64,000 nt of DNA from Macrostomum lignano. Its lineage: Eukaryota. The stretch lies in assembly GCA_002269645.1 (NCBI GenBank), contig NIVC01000031.1:1302001-1366000 (forward strand), read 5' to 3'. The notes under the pieces are model-generated. The model worked only from the letters and a program-made list of their open reading frames with translations, was not told where the DNA came from and did not search any database. This document shows positions 36,831 to 50,418 of the stretch, in pieces. Position numbers and translations under genes: made by a program. The stretch's first letter is position 1. Each line of letters starts with the position of its first letter.

Positions 36831-39214
36831 CTAGCTTAATAATAACTTGCGAGCCTCACTTCTGAACCATTTCAACTGCCAAGGCTTAAATTCCCCTTCG
36901 TCATGCTTCACACAAGTCCTCAAGACGGAATAGCGAAAGTCAGCACTCGTTGAGTGAGTCGAATTGCTGTCAATAAATTTCTGACATTCCTTGAGCGCGA
37001 AGCGGATACAGTAAGTTACATTTTTGTTGCACGCTGTGCTAACAATCAACTGAGCCAGCAATCCAGTCAAGGAAGAATTTTGTTGGGTCCCAGCTGTCAC
37101 ATACTCAAATACGTTTTCAAGCAAGCCTTCTACAACATTCGCTTGTGACAATGCAGAAAAATCTTTTTTGTACATGCGTTGCATTCTCAAAACTACGGCC
37201 CAAGGTGCGAACTCGGTTTCATTCTTCAGGTATCCCATGACGATCCTCACCGGCACAGAGTAATCAATTATTCCTAGAGATGCCAAGGTGAAGCTGTCAT
37301 ATATCAGACTGGCTCTGTCAGCAGGTGTGAACACTGTGTGATCTGTTGTTAACTGAGCAGCCAGTCTGTCCCAGTTCTCTCTGTCATAATTCACCTGATA
37401 GTGCCCGCTCGACCTCAGGTTGATCAGGTACCAACCCGTAGATGAGTCCAAGGGCAGCCTTAGCGTCTCGCCTCTCATCCAGTGAACCAGGTGCGCCACC
37501 TCCGATCTGCTCCATCCGGTATGGTTCAAGTTGGTCATGGTAGTGATGGGAATACTCCAGGTCAGGTTGGACTTCTCTTTATGACTGAGGCTAACAATAT
37601 CCTGCTGCCTGAGAAGCAGCGAACCATTTTCCATGGAGCAAGTCACCAGTGGATAGCCTACCTGCTTGACCCACGAACTCATCACCGTTTCAGCGTCCAG
37701 GCTCTGCTTGTGAATCCGCAGCTGCTCATTTAGACTGGAGTAAAAATCTTCTGAGCCAGCGTTTGAGTAGCTGTGCTTCCTGATGTAGCTGGACACGGCA
37801 GCGCCAAACACGCGAGCGCCGATGGAGTTGTGCATCATTCGGAGGCACCTTTCTGATACACAATGTAGTCAAAAATACCATCAATTTCCGTTGGTGTTGA
37901 GACGTCCATCTGGATCGGGTGAACTTTATAACGTTTTCGTTCGAAGTTCATATCAAACAGATATTTTTGAAACATAACAAAATGACTGTCCAAGTCCGAC
38001 TCCGAGCCCCACTCCAGCCCCAGATAGCTGTAGAACGTCGAAAATGCTTCGTTGAGCCAGATTTCATTCCACCATTTCATGGTAACCAGGTTCCCAAACC
38101 ACTGGTGGACGATTTCGTGAGACACGGTGAGAGCGTTTGTTAGTTTTGATAGTGTTGTGGTGGTGTTCTCATTGTACATAAGAATATTCTGCTGGTAAAT
38201 TATGAGTCCCCAGTTCTCCATCGCCTCAAAGTTAAGCAAAGGAACCCCTGCTTGCTTGGTAATGTTCGTTTTATAGGACACGTTGAGCAGCTTCTCAAAG
38301 GCTTCGATGGCTTTAGCAGCTACAGAAAGAGTAAAGTTGGATTTCTTAACGAGCTCTGGTGACAGCCAGTTGGTAAAAACTCGTCCCTTGCTGTCGCTAT
38401 GACTGATGGATTCAAACTTCGCCACCAGGAAGGCCAGAGTGTAGGTAGACATTGTCGGAGTTGTCTCGAAGTCGTCTTTTATTACAACTTTTGGTTCCAC
38501 AGAGTTGGAAAACCAGGTGTTTCCAGGTACTGAGGATGAGGACTTGATTGGCATGTTGCTCAGTGCAGTGAATTCTCTGCCTCTGACCAAACTGACATTG
38601 AACTCCGCCTTCATTGCTGGCTCATCAAAGCAGGGAAAAACTTCTCTAGCATGGATTGGTTCAAGCTGCGATGATACCAGATAGTATTCTGTGCTGTTCT
38701 CAGAATAACTGCTGCTCAAGTAGAGTCCAGTTTTTCCATTCTTCACGAATTTTCCTTTGAATCTGTCGATCAGCACTGTGTAGGTCTCGCCGGCTCGAAG
38801 CGGCTCGCCCAGCTTAATGGTCAGCCATTGTTTCTCCACATTTTCCTCAATCTTATCTACAATGACGTCACCACCTGTGCTGTTTCGCAGCCGCACTGTT
38901 GGAACTTCCAATCGGACGGAGTGCAACTTGAACATGTCAGTGTCGTTAACAGCTTCAACAGCGATGGAGACACTGCCAGTGAAGTAGCAATCACCAGGAT
39001 TGCTGGAGTAAATAAAAGGAGCAAGGGTCAGGGCGTAGCTCACTGGCTTCACGTCGGTTGGAAGTCGGTAGCTCGACTCGCTTCCATTGTCAGCAGCAGA
39101 TCGCAACATCAGAGCCAGCAGAATGGCCAGTGAGGCTGCAATCAGCACTGCTGCCACCAGCACAGTCACTAGGAGCAGCGCTTTTCGACATGCACCGACG
39201 CTTTCGAAAGGCAT
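36831..39214 (-). pseudogene. Intronless M1 (aminopeptidase N-like) zinc aminopeptidase gene split by a frameshift
   Basis: N-terminal TM anchor, LPTDVKPVSYALTL, AREVFPCFDEP, EAMENWGL, HEIVH-x18-E. The ORFs join at YQKGAS / RMMH (canonical KGASVLRML); the C-terminal domain appears shortened. An assembly error cannot be excluded. Confidence 0.85.
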
Positions 39215-39551
39215 TTTTCAAAATCTGCTTTGGTGCTGCGCATGCGTTTTCGCGCAGCTGGTTGAAATACGATACTGTTTGTTTATAATATGCCGAGCTG
39301 GGGGTGCTTAATTGCGATGCTTCATACTTCATGATTGCGATAACAGTTAGTTGTTTAGAGAATAATCTGGTTAACTGCAACAAATGTCATTGGGACAGAC
39401 AAAAACCATACTAATATTATACTGCGAGACACTGCGCCATACCCCTAATCAGCATTTTGATACAGTGCAGAAAGTCAATGCGCAGTTCACTTACTATCGA
39501 AGCTTTTAATGAATTGCGACTTTAAAAGGTTTCTAGAAATTTTTCTACGTC

Positions 39552-42500
39552 GATAGCACACCAGTGAGCCATTGTCAGGGCAGTGGATAGCACACTAGTG
39601 AGCCATTGTCAGGGCAGTGGATAGCACACCAGTGAGCCATTGTCAGGGCAGTGGATAGCACACCAGTGAGCCATTGTCAGGGCAGTGGATAGCACACCAG
39701 TGAGCCATTGTCAGGGCAGTGGATAGCACACCAGTGAGCCATTGTCAGGGCAGTGGATAGCACACCAGTGAGCCATTGTCAGGGCAGTGGATAGCACACC
39801 AGTGAGCCATTGTCAGGGCAGTGGATAGCACACCAGTGAGCCATTGTCAGGGCAGTGGATAGCACACCAGTGAGCCATTGTCAGGGCAGTGGATAGCACA
39901 CCAGTGAGCCATTGTCAGGGCAGTGGATAGCACACCAGTGAGCCATTGTCAGGGCAGTGTATAGCACACCAGTGAGCCATTGTCAGGGCAGTGTATAGCA
40001 CACCAGTGAGCCATTGTCAGGGCAGTGGATAGCACACCAGTGAGCCATTGTCAGGGCAGTGTATAGCACACCAGTGAGCCATTGTCAGGGCAGTGTATAG
40101 CACACCAGTGAGCCATTGTCAGGGCAGTGGATAGCACACCAGTGAGCCATTGTCAGGGCAGTGGATAGCACACCAGTGAGCCATTGTCAGGGCAGTGGAT
40201 AGCACACCAGTGAGCCATTCTCAGGGTAGTGGATAGCACACCAGTGAGCCATTGTCAGGGCAGTGGATAGCACACCAGTGAGCCATTGTCAGGGCAGTGG
40301 ATAGCACACCAGTGAGCCATTGTCAGGGCAGTGGATAGCACACCAGTGAGCCATTGTCAGGGCAGTGTATAGCACACCAGTGAGCCATTGTCAGGGCAGT
40401 GTATAGCACACCAGTGAGCCATTGTCAGGGCAGTGGATAGCACACCAGTGAGCCATTGTCAGGGCAGTGGATAGCACACCAGTGAGCCATTGTCAGGGCA
40501 GTGGATAGCACACCAGTGAGCCATTGTCAGGGCAGTGGATAGCACACCAGTGAGCCATTGTCAGGGCAGTGTAAAGCACACCAGTGAGCCATTGTCAGGG
40601 CAGTGGATAGCACACCAGTGAGCCATTGTCAGGGCAGTGGATAGCACACCAGTGAGCCATTGTCAGGGCAGTGGATAGCACACCAGTGAGCCATTGTCAG
40701 GGCAGTGTATAGCACACCAGTGAGCCATTGTCAGGGCAGTGGATAGCACACCAGTGAGCCATTGTCAGGGCAGTGGATAGCACACCAGTGAGCCATTGTC
40801 AGGGCAGTGGATAGCACACCAGTGAGCCATTGTCAGGGCAGTGGATAGCACACCAGTGAGCCATTGTCAGGGCAGTGAATAGCACACCAGTGAGCCATTG
40901 TCAGGGCAGTGGATAGCACACCAGTGAGCCATTGTCAGGGCAGTGGATAGCACACCAGTGAGCCATTGTCAGGGCAGTGGATAGCACACCAGTGAGCCAT
41001 TGTCAGGGCAGTGGATAGCACACCAGTGAGCCATTGTCAGGGCAGTGGATAGCACACCAGTGAGCCATTGTCAGGGCAGTGGATAGCACACCAGTGAGCC
41101 ATTGTCAGGGCAGTGGATAGCACACCAGTGAGCCATTGTCAGGGCAGTGGATAGCACACCAGTGAGCCATTGTCAGGGCAGTGGATAGCACACCAGTGAG
41201 CCATTGTCAGGGCAGTGGATAGCACACCAGTGAGCCATTGTCAGGGCAGTGGATAGCACACCAGTGAGCCATTGTCAGGGCAGTGGATAGCACACCAGTG
41301 AGCCATTGTCAGGGCAGTGGATAGCACACCAGTGAGCCATTGTCAGGGCAGTGTAAAGCACACCAGTGAGCCATTGTCAGGGCAGTGTATAGCACACCAG
41401 TGAGCCATTGTCAGGGCAGTGGATAGCACACCAGTGAGCCATTGTCAGGGCAGTGTATAGCACACCAGTGAGCCATTGTCAGGGCAGTGGATAGCACACC
41501 AGTGAGCCATTGTCAGGGCAGTGGATAGCACACCAGTGAGCCATTGTCAGGGCAGTGGATAGCACACCAGTGAGCCATTGTCAGGGCAGTGTATAGCACA
41601 CTAGTGAGCCATTGTCAGGGCAGTGGATAGCACACTAGTGAGCCATTGTCAGGGCAGTGGATAGCACACCAGTGAGCCATTGTCAGGGCAGTGGATAGCA
41701 CACCAGAGAGCCATTGTCAGGGCAGTGGATAGCACACCAGTGAGCCATTGTCAGGGCAGTGGATAGCACACCAGAGAGCCAATGTCAGGGCAGTGGATAG
41801 CACACCAGTGAGCCATTGTCAGGGCAGTGGATAGCACACCAGTGAGCCATTGTCAGGGCAGTGGATAGCACACCAGTGAGCCATTGTCAGGGCAGTGGAT
41901 AGCACACCAGTGAGCCATTGTCAGGGCAGTGGATAGCACACCAGTGAGCCATTGTCAGGGCAGTGGATAGCACACCAGTGAGCCATGTCAGGGCAGTGGA
42001 TAGCACACCAGTGAGCCATTGTCGGGCAGTGGATAGCACACTAGTGAGCCATTGTCAGGGCAGTGGATAGCACACCAGTGAGCCATTGTCAGGGCAGTGG
42101 ATAGCACACCAGTGAGCCATTGTCAGGGCAGTGTATAGCACACCAGTGAGCCATTGTCAGGGCAGTGGATAGCACACCAGTGAGCCATTGTCAGGGCAGT
42201 GGATAGCACACCAGTGAGCCATTGTCAGGGCAGTGGATAACACACTAGTGAGCCATTGTCGGGGCAGTGTATAGCACACCAGTGAGCCATTGTCAGGGCA
42301 GTGGATAGCACACTAGTGAGCCATTGTCGGGGCAGTGGATAGCACACCAGTGAGCCATTGTCAGGGCAGTGGATAGCACACCAGTGAGCCATTGTCAGGG
42401 CAGTGGATAGCACACCAGTGAGCCATTGTCAGGGCAGTGTATAGCACACCAGTGAGCCATTGTCAGGGCAGTGGATAGCACACCAGTGAGCCATTGTCAG

Positions 42501-42897
42501 GGCAGTGGATAGCACACTAGTGAGCCATTGTCAGGGCAGTGGATAGCACACCAGTGAGCCATTGTCAGGGCAGTGGATAGCACACCAGTGAGCCATTGTC
42601 AGGGCAGTGGATAGCACACCAGTGAGCCATTGTCAAGGCAGTGGATAGCACACCAGAGAGCCAATGTCAGGGCAGTGGATAGCACACTAGTGAGCCATTG
42701 TCGGGCAGTGGATAGCACACCAGTGAGCCATTGTCAGGGCAGTGGATAGCACACCAGTGAGCCATTGTCAGGGCAGTGGATAGCACACCAGTGAGCCATT
42801 GTCAGGGCAGTGGATAGCACACCAGAGAGCCAATGTCAGGGCAGTGGATAGCACACCAGTGAGCCATTGTCAGGGCAGTGGATAGCACACCAGTGAG
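39552..42897. repeat. Satellite, 34-bp unit (GATAGCACACCAGTGAGCCATTGTCAGGGCAGTG), ~98 copies
   Basis: Near-perfect tandem array. Confidence 0.99.
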
Positions 42898-43101
42898 TGT
42901 TATATCATACTCGAATAATGACTACAGAATATGACAAAATTAGGAACTCAAATATTTTGAAATCGTGCATCCTTTGTATTTATTAAACTAAGATAAAATC
43001 AATATTTATGCCGTGTTAATTCCAAATTAATTTGTGGTTTACAAATCTGAAAAGATATTCAGTGAATTCAGTGAATGGTCAATGACTTTTATAGTGAATC
43101 G

Positions 43102-46100
43102 CTATACTATTATCTCGGTAAGGGAGCTCTGCGACCAGCCGCTAGTCAGTCTGCTAGAAGGATTTTTGCAGATATATCCGTCAGAAGTTGATCCAGTCTT
43201 CGCAGCTGACAGCTCAAGATTAGTTCTCCTCAGGTAGGTCATGAAACCGCCGCCATCGAAGCCGGTCTGTCTGGCGGCCCATCGGAGACTGCCGGACACG
43301 ATGGGCTCGGGGTAGGCCGAGTACGAGGAGAATGCTGACCGAGCTGAGATCTTCGGGTTGGATTAGGAGTAGGAGTAGGAGTAGGAGTAGGAGTAGGAGT
43401 TGGAGTAAGAGTAGGAGTAGGAGTTGGAGTAGGAGTAGGAGTAGGAGTTGGAGTAGGAGTTGGAGTAGGAGTTGGAGTTGGAGTAGGAGTAGGAGTAGGA
43501 GTTGGAGTAGGAGTAGGAGTAGGAGTAGGAGTTGGAGTAGGAGTAGGAGTTGGAGTTGGAGTAGGAGTAGGAGTTGGAGTTGGAGTAGGAGTAGGAGTAG
43601 GAGTAGGAGTTGGAGTTGGAGTAGGAGTTGGAGTAGGAGTAGAAGTTGGAGTAGGAGTAGGAGTTGGAGTAGGAGTAGGAGTTGGAGTAGGAGTAGGAGT
43701 TGGAGTTGGAGTAGGAGTTGGAGTAGGAGTAGGAGTTGGAGTTGGAGTAGGAGTTGGAGTTGGAGTAGGAGTAGGAGTTGGAGTTGGAGTAGGAGTTGGA
43801 GTAGGAGTTGGAGTAGGAGTACATGTAGGAGTAGAAGTAGGTGTAGCGGTAGTAGTATTCTCACCTCTAAATTGTACTTTAAAATGTCTAAAATCTGAAA
43901 ATCCTCATCGTCGTTGCCAAACGGGTTGATGAGGCACATGGCCACCTTCATCCAGCCCATTAGGAAGAGAAACTGCGGAAAATGGTAAAGCTCTGTTAAA
44001 TCACAATCCCCATCCCTATGCTGCAAGAAGATCCTAGCAGCCCAAACGCACCCTGAAAACGCCGAACACCGGAACAAACAGGTCGATTCGATCGTCCATA
44101 ACGAAGGCCTCGCCGTGGTGCTCAGCCGAGCCGGCGAACTCAACGATGTGGATCGGCTGGACGCTGCGATTCAACTGGCGCGACAGCTCAGCTGCCGTGT
44201 TCTTGGCGTTGATGAACTGCTGGCTGAACAGCTGCAGGAGGAAGTAGCTGTAGACCGCTATGATCACCACCTGCGAGAGAAGAGGAGGAACTCTGCTTGT
44301 GCGTTGTGCGATGCTTAACTAATTTGATTGACACCTGTGCGCTGCTTACCTGAGTGTATACAAGCGGAATAAGCACATTTGTGTAATTAATCAGCGTTTG
44401 CACCTTTCTGCGGCACTTCTCAATCTCTTCAATCAGGATCGACATGGTTCTGCAAGGTTTGCAGGATTTTTAATGGGCTTGTGGCACTGACTGGGGTGCC
44501 ACTACTTTGATCTCATCCTTCGGATCTCATCCTTCGGATCTCATCCTTCGGATCTCATCCTTCGGATCTCATCCTTCGGATCTCATCCTTCGGATCTCAT
44601 CCTTCGGATCTCATCCTTCGGATCTCATCCTTCGGATCTCATCCTTCGGATCTCGTCCTTCGGATCTCATCCTTCGGATCTCATCCTTCGGATCTCATCC
44701 TTCGGATCTCATCCTTCGGATCTCATCCTTCGGATCTCATCCTTCGGATCTCATCCTTCGGATCTCATCCTTCGGATCTCATCCTTCGGATCTCATCCTT
44801 CGGATCTCATCCTTCGGATCTCATCCTTCGGATCTCATCCTTCGGATCTCATCCTTCGGATCTCATCCTTCGGATCTCATCCTTCGGATCTCATCCTTCG
44901 GATCTCATCCTTCGGATCTCATCCTTCGGATCTCATCCTTCGGATCTCATCCTTCGGATCTCATCCTTCGGATCTCATCCTTCGGATCTCATCCTTCGGA
45001 TCTCATCCTTCGGATCTCATCCTTCGGATCTCATCCTTCGGATCTCATCCTTCGGATCTCATCCTTCGGATCTCATCCTTCGGATCTCATCCTTCGGATC
45101 TCATCCTTCGGATCTCATCCTTCGGATCTCATCCTTCGGATCACAGTAGCACAATGACACACAGAGTCAGACACAAAGCCAGACACAATGACAGAAACAG
45201 AGCCAACCTGACATCGCAGTAGCACAATGACAGACACAAAGCCCGATACAAAGCCAGACACAATGGCAGACACAATGACCGACACATAGCCAGACACAGT
45301 GCAGACACAAAGCCAGACACAAAGCCAGACACAGTGCCAGATACAATGCCAGACACAAAGCCAGACACAATGACAGACACAAATCCCGATACAAAGCCAG
45401 ACACAATGACAGACACAAATCCCGATACAAAGCCAGACACAAAGCCAGACACAATGACAGAAACAGAGCCAACCTGACATCGCAGTAGCACAATGACAGA
45501 CACAAAGCCCGATACAAAGCCAGACACAATGGCAGACACAATGACAGACACAATGCAGACACAAATAAAGCCAGACACAAAGCCAGACACAAAGCCAGAC
45601 ACAAAGCGAACCTGACATCGCAGTAGCACAATGACAGACACAAAGCCCGATACAAAGCCAGACACAATGACAGACACAGAGACAAACACAATGCAGACTC
45701 AAAGCCAGGCACAAAGCCAGACACAATGGCAGAAACAATGACAGACACAAAGCCAGACACAATGGCAGACACAATGACAGACACAATGACAGACACAGAG
45801 CCAGACACAATGCAGACACAAAACCAGACACAAGACACAGTGCCAGACACAAAGCCAGCCAACCTGACATCGCAGTAGCCATGCAGCATGGCCTGTTTGC
45901 ATATCCGGGTGGCCCACTGCATTGGCAGCCAGTACTCAGGACAATAAGCCCTCCCGTACTTGGCGCAGTACTGCTGCTCAATTTCAGCCATGGCTTCAAT
46001 TTCTGAGTCGGTGGCCAGCTTGCCGAAATGAGCTCGCGCCTCGCTGCTGGAGTTGATGCAGTTAAGGAAGCTGCGCACTGGAAGCGCCTTGCCCTGGGAA

Positions 46101-48170
46101 CGCTGGAACAGAAGGAGCCACTCGCGTGCATTTGACTTGCTGGCTTGTAAAGTCTTTCGTGTAATATCCGGCCGTTTTACGTGGGCAACCATGCTTCGTG
46201 AGTGGGGCCCCTGACTGAACGCCCCTGTCTCCTGGTGGGCGCCTCTGTCTCCTGGTGGGAGCCCCTGTCTCCTGGTGGGCACCCCTGTCTCCTGGTGGGA
46301 GCCCCTGTCTCCTGGTGGGCACCATTGTCTCCTGGTGGGCACCATTGTCTCTTGGTGGGAGCCCCTGTCTCCTGGTGGGCGCCCCTGTCTCCTGGTGGGA
46401 GCCCCTGTCTCCTGGTGGGCACCCCTGTCTCCTGATGGGCACCATTGTCTCTTGGTGGGAGCCCCTGTCTCCTGGTGGGCACCCCTGTCTCCTGGTGGGA
46501 GCCCCTGTCTCCTGGTGGGCACCCCTGTCTCCTTGTGGGCGCCTCTGTCTCCTGGTGGTCGTCCCTGTCTCCTGGTGGGCACCCCTGTCTCCTTGTGGGC
46601 GCCTCTGTCTTCTGGTGGTCGTCCCTGTCTCCTGGTGGGCACCCCTGTCTCCTTGTGGGCGCCTCTGTCTTCTGGTGGTCGTCCCTGTCTCTTGGTGGGC
46701 ACCCCTGTCTCCTGGTGGGCACCCCTGTCTTCTGATGGGCACCATTGTCTCTTGGTGGGAACCCCTGTCTCTTGGTGGGAACCCCTGTCTCCTGGTCGGA
46801 GCCCCTGTCTCCTGGTGGGTGGGAACTCCTGTCTCTTCATGGGCATCCCTGTCTCCTGGTCTCCCGATGGACACCCCCCTCTTTGGTATTTATGAGGATG
46901 TCAGAATCTATCAGTGCATTTTGCACTCTAGCTATAAGAGATTCACATCACAGTTTTCCCGTTAGCTACTCATGAATGCATGTATGCGATGCCCCGTAGT
47001 CCCACCAGTTTCCAAAGATGAGTCCCAGGAACTCACGGGCCAAATTCGCCACAGGCTGCCTCTCTGTTGGACTTTGCCTTCGCTGAAGTAGACCTGCAGC
47101 TTGCGGCAGATCTGGCTCAAGCCCAGGATCCAGCCCAGGTTCACGTGCCTCATCAGGTTGAGCCGAATCTGGCGAGCCGTCTCAGCCTCCTCTGGACTGC
47201 TGGTGATGAAGGCTTGAGCGAAGGTTGCTAGGCGATTCATCCACGGGATGCTGAGGTACATCTGCCACCAGCGGGCCAGAATACCTGATGGATTTGGATG
47301 GAAATGGCAACTTTTGGGAGAACCTTGGCGTTTCATTTCTCCAACCTAAAAGTGATTAGAGCACTGTGAGCAATGAGCAATGAGAACAATGTGAGCACTG
47401 TGAGTGGACTTGGCCATCCTTCAGTCCAAAGCGCTGCCAAGGATCACTAGGAACACTTCGTTCTAGTCTAGTAGTCCTTGAGCGCTGCCCGACCGCCAGA
47501 GGGCTCGGCTGTGGCAGGCGGTGATCAAAATCGTCCTGCTATACAACGCCAAGACGTGGACGCTGACGGCTACGCTGGAGCGGCAGCTGGACTCGGCGCA
47601 CTCAGGGCTGCTCCGTGCGGCCTTTCGAGCTGACGAGAGCGTCGGAACCGAGGCCCTGTACGATCGGGCCAAGCTGCAGCGCCCGTCCATCATCCTGCGC
47701 CGGCGGCGACTTCAACTGGCGGGCCACGTGATCCGGGCCAAAGGCTACTGCAGAACGTTCAGGACGTCCTGCTGCTCAAATGCGGACTTCGTTCGCGCTC
47801 AGGCTCTGCGGCGCGCCATCTGACGCGCCCTAGTCTCACTGTGACCTTCCATGCAGGGCTGCGTACTTTGCTGTTGTCGTTTTTGTTGTTTAGCAATCTA
47901 CTCACCTGACACAAAGAAGGCCAGCAGAAACGATAGTGGGATCTCTCTGTCCCTCTCGTAGCAGAATTTCACTATTCGTTCGAAGTCTTGCCTACCAGCG
48001 GGTGCGAGAGCCAAACGATAGGTGAGACTCAGAGCTGAGTAGAGCACGATGTAGATGAGCAACTCAGCGCCGATCAGCTTGTAGATGCTGCCCTCCCACA
48101 GGAAGAGGATCCGGAAAGCAGCGCCACCTTGCTGACTGTTCATGATGGTTCTACCGTAGGACACAGACAT
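43102..48170 (-). CDS. Bestrophin-family anion channel, 7 exons, ~511 aa
   Basis: Exons 48170-47906, 47284-47037, 46210-45864, 44449-44350, 44270-44052, 43972-43865, 43350-43102 with consistent phases. Motifs [56 protein letters not shown]. Confidence 0.92.
43363..43850. repeat. (GGAGTA/GGAGTT)n hexamer microsatellite in bestrophin intron 6
   Basis: Visible tandem repeat. Confidence 0.97.
44507..45140. repeat. 14-bp minisatellite (GGATCTCATCCTTC), ~45 copies, bestrophin intron 3
   Basis: Near-perfect tandem array. Confidence 0.98.
45141..45880. repeat. Complex (GACACAAAGCCA/GACACAAT) repeat containing copies of the exon 3 end
   Basis: Low-complexity array punctuated by AACCTGACATCGCAGTAGC at ~45205, 45471, 45610 and 45861. 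Confidence 0.9.
46213..46862. repeat. 20-bp minisatellite (CCTGTCTCCTGGTGGGCACC), bestrophin intron 2
   Basis: Visible tandem array. Confidence 0.97.
47470..47830 (+). mobile_element. RTE-clade LINE 3' fragment in bestrophin intron 1
   Basis: [31 protein letters not shown]...[13 protein letters not shown]; homologous to 17440-17700. Confidence 0.88.
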
Positions 48171-48874
48171 GACTGCTGCAGATCAGTTCACAATAGGGCC
48201 AGGTATTGTGTGACGGCTGAGAACTTGCTCAGAAATGTCAGCATGCAGCGCTGAGTTATGTAGCCACAGAACTAGAAGCCAAAAATCTCGGAGAGAAATC
48301 TGGTGTCACATTACCGAGTCAAAGAGCGCCTGCACTCAATGCACTAATGCTGATCTCAGCTGAGTATAGGGTGGCTGGACAGAGAGGCTCATGGAGATGC
48401 GCAAATTTCACCTGGAAAATTATTCCAGCTTTTCGACGCGCGCAGGGTTTGAGGCAGGCATTGGCAGATTCGGCTGTTTTGCCGACTGGCTGGCGGTTGA
48501 GGAGTGGCAGAGACAGGGGCTGGTCTTGAATAATTAATTAATCTTCTGCGGCAGAAAGTGGGCGCTCCGTCTGGTCCTGCAGTTTCTCACGGAGCTGCAG
48601 CTTGGGGGGGGGGGGACGCACGGAGCTGATGAGCAGGTGGGCAGCCAGCTGTAATGCCTGAGCTGGCAGAGTTCTACTCTCCTCCCATTGTCACCAGCTC
48701 TGCTTTGTTTCCCTGCGGGCACTTCAGGCGGCAAAACGCAGAAGCTTTCGGTTGTTTTTTGTGAATTGCTTTGGGCTGCTGAGCACAACAGGTAATTAAT
48801 GGTGCGAAGTATTGTTTTGATAATGGTTTTACCTGCACCTTACTTTTTAAGTCGAACAGCCAAATCCAATGTCT

Positions 48875-49560
48875 AACACGAGACTCCAGTGTCTAGCAGG
48901 GGACTCCAGTGTCTAACAGGTGACTCCCATGTCTAACAGGAGACTCCCGTGACTAACAGGAGACTCCCGTGACTAACAGGAGACTCCTATATCTAACAGG
49001 AGACTCCGATATCTAACAGGAGGCTCCAGTATCTAACACGAGACTCCCGTGTCTAACAGGAGACTCCCATGTCTAACAGGAGACTCCCATGTCTAATGCA
49101 GGAGACTCCCATGTCTAACAGGAGACTCCCATGTCTAACAGGAGACTCACGTATCTAACAGTAGACTCCCATGTCTAACAGGAGGCTCCCATGCCTAACA
49201 GGAGACTCCCATGTCTAACAGGAGACTCCCATGTCTAACAGGAGACTCACGTATCTAACAGGAGACTCCCATGTCTAACAGGATACTCCCATGCCTAACA
49301 GGAGACTCCCATGTCTAACAGGAGACTCACGTATCTAACAGTAGACTCCCATGTCTAACAGGAGACTCCCGTATCTAACAGGAGACTCCCGTGTCTAACA
49401 GGAGACTCCCATGTCTAACAGGAGACACCCATGTCTAACAGGAGACTCCCATGTCTAACAGGAGACACCCATGTCTAACAGGAGACACCCATGTCTAACA
49501 GGAGACTCACGTATCTAACAGGAGACTTCCATGTGTAACAGGACACCACCATATCTAACA
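48875..49560. repeat. 20-bp minisatellite (GTCTAACAGGAGACTCCCAT), ~34 copies
   Basis: Visible tandem array. Confidence 0.97.
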
Positions 49561-50144
49561 GCGCAAGTGTGCATTCAGTTGAAAAAAACGTACTCCGCTA
49601 TCTAGAGTAGTCTCAAAAGTGTTTATAAGTTAAATAAGTTATGAGTTAAAAAACAAATATAAATAAAATCCAACACATAAATGGGATTAAAATGATATCC
49701 AATGCCCCATGTATCGTAGATGTATATCTGTCATAGCTTAAATTATGACAATTTAAAATCAAATGACAATGCGTTATTCTTGCTATGTAATTAAACTCCT
49801 AATTGTTTGCGGGGGTATAATTTTAAATGTTATGAATTATGAATTCTATGAACTAAGCCCTAAATCCGTCCTAAATCTTGAACCCTTTATCGAAAATGTG
49901 TCCAATAAACCCAAGAGTAAACTGAAAGTGCTAGGCGACACGTGTAGGAGTCTAGGAGTGAATTGTCAGGAGTGCGTGTCCGATAATACTATTAAGAGTG
50001 CTGTTCAAGAGCTACGAATAGGAGGCACTTTATCGGCGGCAGGAGTGAACTTTAAGAGTGCGTGTCCAATAAAACGGAATCCTCCTAGATCACACTCCTC
50101 ACTCTTGTTAAATATATACCTTACATGTAAGTGTGGAAAGACGT

Positions 50145-50418
50145 GGGGGGGCGTAGCCCTGCGGTCTAGCGCAGGCTCTGGTGTGCCAGCGACCCAGGCT
50201 CGATTCCCAGTGCAGTCACATTAATTTGGAGCTGAATTGGAATCTCGGCTTGGCTCTGCTCGTGCAATTAACGGCCTTGAGAGCCAACCTTCCAAGGCAC
50301 AGTGAAGTGTACATGCCTAACGATAATATAAAGTTAGGGCGGCTGTACACTCCTGTGTGAGTGTGTGCCTGCGTACGTGCGCCAGGGTGCACACAACCCC
50401 CCTGCCTCTAATAAAAAA
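50145..50418 (+). mobile_element. Full-length tRNA-derived SINE (second family) with 12-bp TSD
   Basis: A-box-like TAGCCCTGCGG, B-box-like GGCTCGATTCC, A-rich tail TAATAAAAAA; TSD GTGGAAAGACGT at 50133-50144 and 50419-50430. Confidence 0.85.

Noticed and set aside
49763-50224. 153-aa ORF
   Set aside because: No motifs; runs through degenerate repeats into a SINE head.
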